From Fimbriimonadales bacterium (lineage in GTDB: Bacteria > Armatimonadota > Fimbriimonadia > Fimbriimonadales > JABRVX01): DNA of 64,000 nt. Shown here piece by piece: positions 28,048 to 37,736 of the stretch; positions within the stretch are counted from its first letter, which is position 1, and every line of letters begins with the position of its first letter. Under the pieces are notes generated by a model. That model was not told the DNA's origin. It made no database searches and saw nothing but the letters and a program-made list of their open reading frames with translations. Location: the NCBI GenBank assembly GCA_045862955.1, contig BTVI01000012.1, forward strand, positions 1 to 64,000. The letters are read 5' to 3'. The position numbers and the translations under genes are program-made.

Positions 28048-30033
28048 GTGCCAACGACAACCCGTACGCGCTCGGCGACTTCCAAGCCGCTAGACAAGCG
28101 AGAACTGCTGGAGACCATGCTCCTCGCTCGGGAGGGCGACCGGCGCGAGGCCATTCTGATTCGCCAGTCGAAGGGCTGGTTTCACATTCACGGCATGGGC
28201 CACGAGGCACTAGCCGCACTCGTCGCTCACCTGAGGCCGGACGACTACCTGTTTCCCCATTACCGAGATCGCGCAATGGTGCTCGCCAAGGGGATCACCA
28301 ACTACAAGTTGGCGCTCGCCTTCCACGGAAAGGCGACCTCTAGCTCGGCGGGACGACAAATGCCTGGGCACTTCTCGGACCGTGCGCTCAACATCTTTAG
28401 CATGCCTTCGCCCGTTGGCGCGAACTGCTTGCCCGCTGTCGGGGCCGCCTGGGGGATGAGGCTGGACGGAAAGGACACCGTGGTGCTCGTCAGCATCGGC
28501 GAGGCTTCGAGCCGGCAGGGCGAGTTCTATGAGGCAGTCTCCTTCGCGCTGGAGCGCAAGCTGCCAGTCGTCTTCCTGGTGCAGGACAACCGATACGGCA
28601 TCAGCACGAACACCGACCAGAAGAACCCATTGCGCCTCGGCGTGTTCAACGAGAAGAACGTCGTCCGGGTCAACGGCCGCCTGGCCGACGAGGTGTACGC
28701 AAAGGGCGGCGACGCCATAGCGAAGGCCCGCTCCGGTGGCGGCCCTACCATCCTCTGGCTCGAGCTGGACCGCCTCGGCTCGCACAGCTCGTCGGATGAC
28801 CATCGAGTGTATCGTGACCAGTCGGACATAGACAAGATGTTCGAGCGCGACCCCATCACGCTGCTCGCGCAGGAACTGATCTCGTGTGGCGAGATGACCG
28901 AGGCCGAATGGACCCAGCTTCAGGAAGAGACCCGCGAGCGGGTGGACGCCGAGTACCGCGAGGCCGAAAGTGCTCCCGATCCCGATCCGGCGCGCCTAAC
29001 CGACCAGCTGTACGGCGAGCCTGCGCCGGGCCTGCCTCCCGTCATCGAGAGCGGCTCCCGCACCACGATGGTGAAGGCGATCGGCGAGACCCTTCGCAAC
29101 GCACTGGCGGAGAACCAGAAGGTGATCCTGTTCGGGCAGGACATCGAGGACCCGAAGGGCGGCGTGTTCGGCTTCACCAAGGGCTGCTCGGAGGCCTTTC
29201 CGGACCGCGTGATCAACTCGCCGCTGGCCGAAGCGACCATCGTCGGTGTGGCTGTGGGCCTCGCGGCCTACGGGTGGCGTCCCGTCTTCGAGGTGCAGTT
29301 TACGGACTTCATCCCTCCAGCGTTCAACCAACTTATCACCAACGTCGCGACGTTGCGATGGCGAACGAACGGCGACTGGAAGTGTCCGATGGTCTTGTAC
29401 GCGCCGTACGGCGCCTACTTGCCCGGCGGCTCGATATGGCACAGCCAAAGCAACGATGGGCTGTTCGCGAAGCTACACGGGGTCCGGTTCGCGATACCTA
29501 GCACACCGGAAGACGCGTCCGCACTATTCCAGACGGCAATCCACGGCGACGATCCCACGCTCATCCTGGTTCCGAAACACATCTTCCGCAAGCAGATGGA
29601 GGTCCCGACCCGATTGGAGCCCGTGCCGCTCGGAAAGGCCCGGATCGTCAGAGAGGGCTCGGATGTCACTCTCGTAACGTGGGGTAACTGCGTGGAGCTG
29701 GCTGAGCAAGTAGCCGAGCAGATGGCGGCAGAGGCCGACATCGAAATCCTCGACCTCCGCAGCCTCGTCCCCTGTGATTGGGACGCCATCGAGCGGTCGC
29801 TGGCCAAGACGGGGCGCCTAGTGGTGGTGCACGAGGACAGCCGGACCTGCGGCTTCGGGGAGGCCATCATCACCGAGATGACGAGCAACCCCGAGCGCTG
29901 GGACCTGTTCCTTTCCCCGCCGCAGTTGGTCGCACGCGAGGACGTGCACATAGGATATAACCCCATTTGGGAGTACGCGAGCCTGCCGGACGCCGAGCGC
30001 ATCGCGAACGCCATCCGGCTGACCATGGAGTAG
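28048..30033 (+). CDS. 2-oxoacid dehydrogenase E1, fused alpha/beta subunits
   Basis: HYRD, GRQMPGH, TPP motif GEASSRQGEFYE...N, HSSSDD; beta part GGVFG, PLAEATIVG, HSQS. Confidence 0.93.
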   Translation: MPTTTRTRSATSKPLDKRELLETMLLAREGDRREAILIRQSKGWFHIHGMGHEALAALVAHLRPDDYLFPHYRDRAMVLAKGITNYKLALAFHGKATSSSAGRQMPGHFSDRALNIFSMPSPVGANCLPAVGAAWGMRLDGKDTVVLVSIGEASSRQGEFYEAVSFALERKLPVVFLVQDNRYGISTNTDQKNPLRLGVFNEKNVVRVNGRLADEVYAKGGDAIAKARSGGGPTILWLELDRLGSHSSSDDHRVYRDQSDIDKMFERDPITLLAQELISCGEMTEAEWTQLQEETRERVDAEYREAESAPDPDPARLTDQLYGEPAPGLPPVIESGSRTTMVKAIGETLRNALAENQKVILFGQDIEDPKGGVFGFTKGCSEAFPDRVINSPLAEATIVGVAVGLAAYGWRPVFEVQFTDFIPPAFNQLITNVATLRWRTNGDWKCPMVLYAPYGAYLPGGSIWHSQSNDGLFAKLHGVRFAIPSTPEDASALFQTAIHGDDPTLILVPKHIFRKQMEVPTRLEPVPLGKARIVREGSDVTLVTWGNCVELAEQVAEQMAAEADIEILDLRSLVPCDWDAIERSLAKTGRLVVVHEDSRTCGFGEAIITEMTSNPERWDLFLSPPQLVAREDVHIGYNPIWEYASLPDAERIANAIRLTME

Positions 30034-30036
30034 AGC

Positions 30037-31236
30037 ATGCCGAGCCAAGTGATCCACGTTCCCGCCATCGGTGAGGGCCTTCAGGAAGCGCGCATCGTTC
30101 AGCACCTGAAGAAGCCCGGCGATGCCGTGAAGCGCGATGAACCGCTGTACGAGATGGAGACCGACAAGGCGGTAATGGCAGTCGAGTCGCCCGTGAGCGG
30201 GGTTGTGGAAGAGTGGCTCGTGCCCGAGGGCGAGGTGGTGCCCATCGGCGCCGAAGTGCTGCGGATGAACACCGACGAGAAGGTGAGCGCTCCCGCCGAA
30301 ACGGCCAAAGCCGAACCCGCGATGGCGGCCGTAGAGGTGGCGGCCTCGCCGCAGAAGTCCACCGCACCCAAGGGAAATCTCTCCATCCCCCCACGCACTC
30401 GCGCCTACGCCAAAGAGAAGGGACTGGCAGAAGACGTTCTGTCTACCATCCCCGCGAAGGGCTCGAAGCTGACCCCTGCAGACATAGACGCATACCTGCA
30501 GTCAACCGAAAAGCCCGCTGCGGTAGCCAAGGATGGTGCCTTTGTAGAGGTCCCGCTCTCTCAGCGGCAACGCACCCTGGCGTACCGACTGAACCGAGGC
30601 GCACAGGTGGTAGTGCCCGGGACCATCGAGCGCCCTGTGGATTGGAGCGGTATCGAGGCGGCCAGGCAGCGCTTCCGTGATGCCGGTGGAGACTTCCAAC
30701 CTTCCACCTACACCATCTTCGCCTATGGCGTGGCACAGGCGGCCAAGGGACATCCCAAGTTCCGATCTTCCATGCCGGACGACAGCAAGCTGCGCACCTA
30801 CCATCATATCAACCTCGGAACGGCGGTGGCTTTGCCAGACGATGAGCTGGTGACAGCAGTGGTGCCCGAGGCCGACACGTTGGATTTTCGTACCTTTGCG
30901 CAGCGCATGCGCGAGGCGATAGAGAAGGCACGCAAGGGCCAGGACCAAGCGACGGAGAGCACCCAGCTGACTATCACTAACATGGCGGCATTCGGTCTAC
31001 GCGCTGCCGTGCCGGTGTTAGTGTCCCCCGCGGCCTCCGTGCTGTTCTTGGGCGAACCGTACGACGCGCCGCGGCCGATCCAACGCGGCTTCGGCTTCGA
31101 GTTCGTGCGGGTGGCAAACTTGTCGCTGACTTTCGATCACCGACTGATCAACGGGGTGGGAGCAGCACAATTCCTGCTGGATGTGTGCGATCGGACGGAG
31201 AACGTCCTCCACTACCTGAAAGCCGATCTACCATAA
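30037..31236 (+). CDS. 2-oxoacid dehydrogenase E2 dihydrolipoamide acyltransferase
   Basis: Lipoyl motif ETDKA; C-terminal FDHRLING. Confidence 0.92.
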   Translation: MPSQVIHVPAIGEGLQEARIVQHLKKPGDAVKRDEPLYEMETDKAVMAVESPVSGVVEEWLVPEGEVVPIGAEVLRMNTDEKVSAPAETAKAEPAMAAVEVAASPQKSTAPKGNLSIPPRTRAYAKEKGLAEDVLSTIPAKGSKLTPADIDAYLQSTEKPAAVAKDGAFVEVPLSQRQRTLAYRLNRGAQVVVPGTIERPVDWSGIEAARQRFRDAGGDFQPSTYTIFAYGVAQAAKGHPKFRSSMPDDSKLRTYHHINLGTAVALPDDELVTAVVPEADTLDFRTFAQRMREAIEKARKGQDQATESTQLTITNMAAFGLRAAVPVLVSPAASVLFLGEPYDAPRPIQRGFGFEFVRVANLSLTFDHRLINGVGAAQFLLDVCDRTENVLHYLKADLP

Positions 31237-31288
31237 TCCCGCAGCCCGGAAGCTGTCATCCCCACAGGCTCGCCGTACTCGCCTTCGC

Positions 31289-31438
31289 GTCGTCCCCGCG
31301 CTGGCGGGGACCCAGAGTCCTGCTCGGTATAAGCCCCCGATGCTAGTATGTCGTCCCCGCGCAGGCGGGGACCCAGATACGTGGTGCGTGAGGTGCAGCA
31401 GTGAAAACACGTCGTCCCCGCGCAGGCGGGGACCCAGA
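31289..31438. repeat. Three direct 28-bp palindromic repeats (GTCGTCCCCGCGCAGGCGGGGACCCAGA) with two unique 33-bp spacers; REP-like or CRISPR-like mini-array
   Basis: Starts at 31289, 31350 and 31411 (period exactly 61); first copy has one substitution; no cas genes in window. Confidence 0.85.
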
Positions 31439-31440
31439 AG

Positions 31441-31565
31441 CCCTCCCCAAAAAACGGTTCCCCCTGAAGGCTCTGCGGAAGGGGGAACCTAAAGGAGGGG
31501 GTCCACCCATGCCCTGGCCCACGTCCACCGCCCAGCACCCACCCAAGGACTGCGCCAGGGCACCC
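31441..31565 (-). repeat. Inverted single copy of the 34.3-35.1 kb repeat unit
   Basis: Reverse complement matches GGGTGCCCTGGCG...GGGCCAGGGCATGGGTGGACCCC...GGTTCCCCCTTCCGCA...AGGGGGAACCG starting at 34341. Confidence 0.85.
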
Positions 31566-31641
31566 TCTGCGCCTCATACGTACACGTCTCGGCTGCCGGA
31601 TGGCCACGACCTCGCGCCCAGCCGACCGTCGAGGCCGCAGC

Positions 31642-32682
31642 TCACCTCACACTCAACTCCGCCACCAGCTGAAAGTACCGCAGCAGATTAGATAGGGGAA
31701 TATTCGCCGGTAGGTGATTCCCGGTCGCGAAAACGAACCCAGGGCAGTGCTTCGCCACTCCGAACACCCACTGCAGTTCGCGCTCTATGTCTGCCTCCGT
31801 GCCGAAGGTGAGCGTCCGACAATCCGCACCACCCATGATCACATGCGTCCGTCCGAACCGCTCTACCATGCCTACCAGGTCATTGCACGGCTCGAAGCAG
31901 AACCCGTCCGCCCCCGCCTCCGCCAGGTCATCCAGGAACATGTCGAATCTGCCGTCCGAGCAGAAGATGATGCGCTTACCCGCCTCGCGCAGCGGCCGCC
32001 ACAGCTCTCGGTAGCGCGGGAAGATGTAACGCCGGTAGAACTCCGGACGGAAGATGGGGCCCTCCGTCCATACCATGTCATCATGACACATAAACGCCTC
32101 GATAGAGGTCTCCGCCCACGCCTGGTAGTGACAGAGGGATAGGCGGAAGATGGAACCTAATACCTGTTCGCCGAAGCGCTCGGGGTCCTCTCCCGCTGCT
32201 TCTAACAAACGCTCCCATCCGAAGGCTTCGATGGCACCCGACACGATGGTCTTGTAGTACCCGCCCGGGACGAGCTGGTCGTAAGCACTTTGCTCTCGCT
32301 GGTACCACTGCTCGTAGAACGATACTAACTGTGCATGGCCGGGCGCGCCGTATTCGGCAATAGCGTCGAATGCTAACACGTCCTGTGCATCGCGAAAGGG
32401 GCTGGGCTGATGGGGGCGAAAGTCCGAGGAATCCTCCACGTACGTGGCGTGTCCCATGTCCGTGACACGACCTCTCTCGCTCCATGGTACGGGCCCGTCG
32501 TGTGTGCACCACAGGAAGTCCAGGCCGACGGCGTCATAGAAGTCCTTGTTCGCCGAGGGGTCATCACGCGGGTCACGTCCGGTGAAGTGCCGCACGACCT
32601 CCCAGTTGTCGTTGTATTCGGTGTGTGCGACGCGCTCGGCCATTTCCAGCCTCACCGCCGCCCTCCCGACGCGATAGGACAT
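31642..32682 (-). CDS. Uroporphyrinogen decarboxylase (URO-D/MtaA-like) family protein
   Basis: HDDM, YIFPRY, IIFCSDG, FEPCND, GGADC, GFVFATGNHLPANIP. Confidence 0.85.
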   Translation of the reverse strand: MSYRVGRAAVRLEMAERVAHTEYNDNWEVVRHFTGRDPRDDPSANKDFYDAVGLDFLWCTHDGPVPWSERGRVTDMGHATYVEDSSDFRPHQPSPFRDAQDVLAFDAIAEYGAPGHAQLVSFYEQWYQREQSAYDQLVPGGYYKTIVSGAIEAFGWERLLEAAGEDPERFGEQVLGSIFRLSLCHYQAWAETSIEAFMCHDDMVWTEGPIFRPEFYRRYIFPRYRELWRPLREAGKRIIFCSDGRFDMFLDDLAEAGADGFCFEPCNDLVGMVERFGRTHVIMGGADCRTLTFGTEADIERELQWVFGVAKHCPGFVFATGNHLPANIPLSNLLRYFQLVAELSVR

Positions 32683-32785
32683 ATCACTGACCAATGTACC
32701 CGGCCCGCTGCTGAGTGGGTCCGAGCGGAGTGTGCCGTCGCAGCGTGATCCCGCGAGGGTATAGTCTTGATCCGAGGGACCCTGT

Positions 32786-33673
32786 ATGCATCTGCTAGCT
32801 CTGTGGAAATACGAGAACTACTGGCGGGACATGGAGGAGTACGGCGGGGGCTACAACTTCAACTCCCGACAGAAAGTGCTCCACGACTGCCTCGAGTTGG
32901 GGGACCACTTGTGGCTCGTCACGCTTGCTCGTGACGCAACACCTCGCTTGGTGGTCGTAGCGCGGTTGGTGGTGGTGGATAAGACGATCAACCTACCTGG
33001 GTCGCCATATGGGCAGTACTGTGTTTGGGGCGACAAGCGTAACAGCAAGTACTTTCTCGACGATGGTAAGCGCGATGACCACGCATTGTTGTCTGGGTTG
33101 GCATACGCTGGCAAGGCAGCATCGGGGCTGAGTCACCGAAGGATGGCTCAAGCCTTTCAGACGATGAGACGCCTAAGTGATGCAGCAGACCGCGAACTGG
33201 AGGCGGCTACCCGCCTCCTCCCTCTCGATCCGAGGGCTAGGCCTTTTCCCGATGAGGAGCTCTTGGAGGCATACGCCACAGGATTGTCTCAGCAGCTTCC
33301 TCTCGGGCCTCATCCTCCGATCCGACGCGCACGATGGCGTCGGAGAGCCGGACAAGCACTGGCGTCCAAGTTGATCGGCATGTATGGGGGCAGATGTCAG
33401 CTTTGCGGTTTTGATCCAGTGACTACCTACGGTGTGAGCGTGTGCGAAGTGCACCATGTCGTGCCGTTGTCAAAGGGCGGAACGCACAACAGCGAGAATG
33501 CGGTCTTGCTCTGCCCGAATCATCATCGCCTGGTACACAAAGCCGATGCACACTTCGATTACGGCAGGCTCGGCTTCAGCTTCTCCCATTTGGGGCGCTA
33601 TGAGCCACTTATCATCAACAAGCACATTCGGGGATCCGATGGGTCCGGATTCGAGAGTTCAGAGCTACATTGA
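32786..33673 (+). CDS. HNH endonuclease with N-terminal PUA/EVE-like domain (candidate modification-dependent nuclease)
   Basis: CQLCG...EVHHVVPLSKGG...N..LLCPNHH...H; N-terminal LELGDHLWLV...QTMRRLS; the N-domain call is inference. Confidence 0.8.
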   Translation: MHLLALWKYENYWRDMEEYGGGYNFNSRQKVLHDCLELGDHLWLVTLARDATPRLVVVARLVVVDKTINLPGSPYGQYCVWGDKRNSKYFLDDGKRDDHALLSGLAYAGKAASGLSHRRMAQAFQTMRRLSDAADRELEAATRLLPLDPRARPFPDEELLEAYATGLSQQLPLGPHPPIRRARWRRRAGQALASKLIGMYGGRCQLCGFDPVTTYGVSVCEVHHVVPLSKGGTHNSENAVLLCPNHHRLVHKADAHFDYGRLGFSFSHLGRYEPLIINKHIRGSDGSGFESSELH

Positions 33674-34031
33674 ACTGATAAGGGCTAACCTCAGCGACGA
33701 TCTGCTCTCGGCGCAACAGCGCCGGAGGTTGAGTGGGGAACGTCGGCCGACTGCAGGCCACTGCTATGTAGCCGTGGAGGCGTTGTGGCACCTTGCGGGG
33801 GGTGCGGATCGTGGCTGGCAGACGAAGGTTGCCAGACTGCCTGATGGCAACACGCACTGGTGGATCGTCACCGAAGCTGGCGAGGTCCTGGATCCGACTG
33901 CAGTGCAATTCGAACATCCCCCCGACTACTCTCGGGGTACGGCCCGAGGACTGCTTACGCGGGATCCATCACGACGCTGCCGGGTGCTTCTCGAGCGTGT
34001 CAGAGGCGTGCTTGAGCGCAGACTAGAATAG
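33639..34031 (+). CDS. Hypothetical papain/transglutaminase-fold protein (YunG-like Cys-His-Asp)
   Basis: GHCYVA...THWW...LDPTAVQF; overlaps HNH gene end by 35 nt. Confidence 0.7.
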   Translation: MGPDSRVQSYIELIRANLSDDLLSAQQRRRLSGERRPTAGHCYVAVEALWHLAGGADRGWQTKVARLPDGNTHWWIVTEAGEVLDPTAVQFEHPPDYSRGTARGLLTRDPSRRCRVLLERVRGVLERRLE

Positions 34032-34340
34032 ACCGGAGAGGAGCTCGGTTAGCAAGCAGGCGACCTCGTTTTCCCCCGACTACGCATTCGCATTGGCAGT
34101 GGGGTTGTTAGCACGAAGGGGATTGGGGCGGTGTCCAGGCGTGCTGGTAGGATGCGGGGCGGACATCTTCGGGGCACTGGTGAGGGCTGTTGGGTGGGGG
34201 ATCTGCTCGAGGTGCGGCTCCTAGTCGAGGCGGAGTCAGACAGCCCACTGAAGTCGGTGCGGGCAGTCGGGTAGGTGGTGGCAGCAGCCGACCCGTCAGG
34301 GAATGCACTCGGACTGGGTCCCTGCCTGCGTGGGGGGGAT

Positions 34341-35064
34341 GGGTGCCCTGGCGGAGTCCTTGGGTGGGTGGTGGGCGGTCGGGGGGGTGCCGGGCGGTGG
34401 ACGTGGGCCAGGGCATGGGTGGACCCCCTCCTCGAGGTTCCCCCTTCCGCAAAGCTTCAGGGGGAACCGTTCTGGGTGGTAGGCGTGGGCCAGGGCATGG
34501 ATGGACCCCCTCCTCGAGGTTCCCCCTTCCGCAAAGCTTCAGGGGGAACCGTTCTTTGGGGAAGGAGTCTTTCCGCACGGCCTGCAGGGGGAACCGTTCT
34601 GGGTGGTAGGCGTGGGCCAGGGCATGGGTGGACCCCCTCCTCCAGGTTCTCCCTTCCGCAGAGCTGCAGGGGGATCCGTTGTGTGCGGTGGAGGTGGGCC
34701 AGGGCATGGTCGACCCCCTCCTCGAGGTGCCCCTTCCGCAAAGCTTCAGGGGGAACCGTTCTTTGGGGAAGGAGTCTTTCCGCAGAGCCTCGAGGGGGAA
34801 CGGTTGTGTGCGGCGGACGTGGGCCAGGGCATGGGTGGACCCCCTCCTCAGGTTCCCCCTTCCGCAAAGCTTCAGGGGGAACCGCTCTTTGGGGAGGGAG
34901 TCCTTCTGCAGAGCCTGGAGGGGGAACGGTTGTGTGCGGCGGACGTCGGCCAGGGCATGGATGGACCCCCTCCTCCAGGTTCCCCCTTCCGCAGAGCCTA
35001 CAGGGGGAACCGTTCTTTGGGGAAGGAGTCTTTCCGCATGGCCTGCAGGGGGAACCGCTCTGGG
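34341..35064. repeat. Tandem composite palindromic repeat array
   Basis: Six GGCCAGGGCATGG units, each followed by a GGTTCCCCCT...AGGGGGAACC-type hairpin, with interspersed GGAAGGAGTCTTTCC modules. Confidence 0.9.
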
Positions 35065-35715
35065 CGGCGGGACTCCGTGTCCCCACCTCCGCGGGAGGAC
35101 CAGGAAGAGCCGACGACAGGAAAAGCTGAGGACTCCGCCCACGCAGCCCTACCGATTTCACCCCCCGGTGGGATCCACAGGTTCCTAGTGGGCGCTCGCT
35201 GGGTGCAGCTCGGCGGACATTTGGCAGGGCGTTGGGAGCCAGGGGGTCACCCCGAATGGCGAACTCTGGCAAGAATCCGGAGCGGTATGTGAACCTTGGG
35301 GCTCCGGCGCGAGTCCTATAGAGTGGGCAGACTCCCGGAGGGGGGAATGCCCGGAACGGGCGAGGAAAAGTGCGACAATTGGAGCGACGGTATGGAAAGA
35401 GCAAGTAGCGGGAGTACGCTGAGAGTCTTGCCCGTCGCCGTGCGTATTACGGGATAGAGGTGATAATGACTCGAGGCGTTCGACTAGTTTCCTGTTGTCT
35501 AGGTTTCGGTGATGAGGTCGGGGACCGGCGGTCGGGCCGTCTTCCGGGGGTGCGGGGTTCGGTGAGGCCCCTCCACGGAGGCAGTCCGCCCGAATAGGGG
35601 CTGGAAATCAGCTTTCCGAAGAGCCTCGGCCTCGAGAGAGTGCCGGGGCTCGGTAGCTTTGTGGGACGAACGGGACACCCTCGACCCCGAGACACCGGGG
35701 GAGGTCGGGAGAACA

Positions 35716-37641
35716 ATGAGCACGCATGACTTTTTGAAGCGAATCGAACAGCAACGCGGGCAAGAGATGGAAATGGGGTGGAAAGGCACCTTCGCCGACT
35801 ACCTCGCCATCGTGGAGAAGAACCCGCGGGTCGCCGACCTTGCCCATGCCCGAATCTACAACATGCTGCGGGCGGCGGGCTACGACGAGGAGGAGGGTCG
35901 GCCGACGCGCTACCACTTCTTCGCAGACGATCTGTTCGGCTTGGACCGCAGCCTGCAGCTCATCGTCGAGGAGTATTTCGCTCCGGCGGCCAGGCGGCTG
36001 GACGTGCGCAAGCGCATCCTGATGCTTGTGGGCCCGGTGGGCGGTGGTAAGTCCACTTTGGTCACGCTCATCAAGCGCGGGCTGGAGCGGTATTCGAAGA
36101 CCGAAGGTGGGGCTGCTTATGCTATAGATGGGTGCCCGATGCAGGAAGAGCCGCTGCACCTGGTGCCCGAGGACCTGCGCGACGACTTCCGAAATCGCTT
36201 CGGCGTGATGATAGAAGGCGACCTGTGCCCCGTGTGCCGCTACCGGCTGGAGCACGAGTGGGGCAGCAACATCCACTCCGTGCCCGTTAGGCGGATTGCC
36301 TTCTCGGAGCGGGAGCGCTGTGGCATCGGCACCTTCAAGCCGAGCGATCCGAAGAGCCAGGACGTTGCGGAGCTCACCGGAAGCGTGAACATCGCATCGC
36401 TCACCCAGTACGGTGTCGAGTCCGACCCTCGCGCCTACAACTTCGACGGCGAATTGAACAAGGCGAACCGGGGCGTGATGGAGTTCATCGAGATGCTCAA
36501 GGCGGACAAGCGGTTCCTCTACGAGTTGAACACCGTCGCCGGGGAGCAAATGATCAAGGTTGGCCGCTTCGCCCTGATCTATACGGACGTAGCTGTCATC
36601 GCCCACACCAACGAGTTCGAGTACAACTCGTACTTCAACAACAAAGAGAACGAGGCGATGATTGACCGCATCTGGGTGGTGCGGGTGCCTTACAACCTGA
36701 AGCTGAGCGAGGAGACGCGCATCTACGAGAAGCTGATCAAGCAGTCACAGTTCACGGAAGGCACCGAAGACCTCACCCAGGTGCACATCGCACCCAACGC
36801 GCTGAAGATGGCAAGCATGTTCGCCATCCTCACGCGCCTGAAACCCAGCAAGAAGAGCGGCCTCAGCTTGATGACCAAGCTGAAGCTGTACGACGGCGAG
36901 AAGCAGGTCGGTGATTGGGACCAACGCCACGTTCGCGAGCTGCAAGAGGAGTACTCCGACGAAGGCATGGCTGGCGTCTCGCCGCGGTTCATCATCAACC
37001 GCATCTCGTCGGCGCTGGTGCGGGGCAAGAAGTGCGTGAACGCGATTGACGTGCTCCGCTCTTTGCGCGACGGGTTGCACGAGTACACGAACAACGAGGA
37101 AGAGCGCAAGAAGCTGCTCGGCTTCATTGACGAAGCTCGCAAAGAGTACGACGAGACGGTGAAGAAGGAAGTACAGCGAGCGTTCGTCTACTCGTACGAG
37201 CAGGCGGCGCGAACGCTGCTCGACAACTATCTGGACAACGTGGATGCGTTCTGCAACCGCAACAAGATCACGGACCCCATCACCGGCGAGGAAGTGGACC
37301 CGGACGAGCGGCTGATGCGCGCGATCGAAGAGCAGATCGGCGTCACGGAAAACGCGAAGCGCGAGTTTCGCGAGGGCATCCTGCGGTCGGTTGCGTCGCT
37401 GGCCAGACGAGGCGAGGGTTTCGAGATTCGAAGCGACGAGCGGCTGAAGGAAGCCATTGAGAAGAAGCTGTTCTCGGACATGAAGGACATGGTGAAGATC
37501 ACGACGTCCACCAAGACGCCCGACGAGGAGCAGCTTCGCAAGATCAACGAGGTGGTGGAGCGGATGGTCTCGGAGCAAGGCTACTGCGTGCACTGTGCCA
37601 ACGAGACGCTCCGCTATGTGGGAACTCTGCTGAATCGCTGA
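35716..37641 (+). CDS. prkA: PrkA/YeaG family AAA serine protein kinase
   Basis: GPVGGGKST, GCPMQEEPLHL, DGELNKANRG..EFIEMLK, SPRF; conserved context with yhbH and spoVR. Confidence 0.95.
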   Translation: MSTHDFLKRIEQQRGQEMEMGWKGTFADYLAIVEKNPRVADLAHARIYNMLRAAGYDEEEGRPTRYHFFADDLFGLDRSLQLIVEEYFAPAARRLDVRKRILMLVGPVGGGKSTLVTLIKRGLERYSKTEGGAAYAIDGCPMQEEPLHLVPEDLRDDFRNRFGVMIEGDLCPVCRYRLEHEWGSNIHSVPVRRIAFSERERCGIGTFKPSDPKSQDVAELTGSVNIASLTQYGVESDPRAYNFDGELNKANRGVMEFIEMLKADKRFLYELNTVAGEQMIKVGRFALIYTDVAVIAHTNEFEYNSYFNNKENEAMIDRIWVVRVPYNLKLSEETRIYEKLIKQSQFTEGTEDLTQVHIAPNALKMASMFAILTRLKPSKKSGLSLMTKLKLYDGEKQVGDWDQRHVRELQEEYSDEGMAGVSPRFIINRISSALVRGKKCVNAIDVLRSLRDGLHEYTNNEEERKKLLGFIDEARKEYDETVKKEVQRAFVYSYEQAARTLLDNYLDNVDAFCNRNKITDPITGEEVDPDERLMRAIEEQIGVTENAKREFREGILRSVASLARRGEGFEIRSDERLKEAIEKKLFSDMKDMVKITTSTKTPDEEQLRKINEVVERMVSEQGYCVHCANETLRYVGTLLNR

Positions 37642-37736
37642 GGAGACTACCGGGCCGCCGCCCGACCACTGGCGGCGGCCCGTAGCCCTTTCAGGAGGGT
37701 CGGGCGTACGAGACTTGCGCCCGGTTGGAGAAGAGG

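Noticed and set aside
31135..31160. E2 motif DHRLING instead of DHRxxDG as a sign of inactivation
   Set aside because: Asn at this position occurs in active E2 enzymes
33456..33638. Longer start for the papain-like gene
   Set aside because: It overlaps the HNH catalytic region by more than 200 nt; ATG 33639 is more plausible
34108..35404. Multiple overlapping 140-340-aa ORFs on both strands
   Set aside because: Low-complexity translations of the repeat array, with no RBS or domain signal
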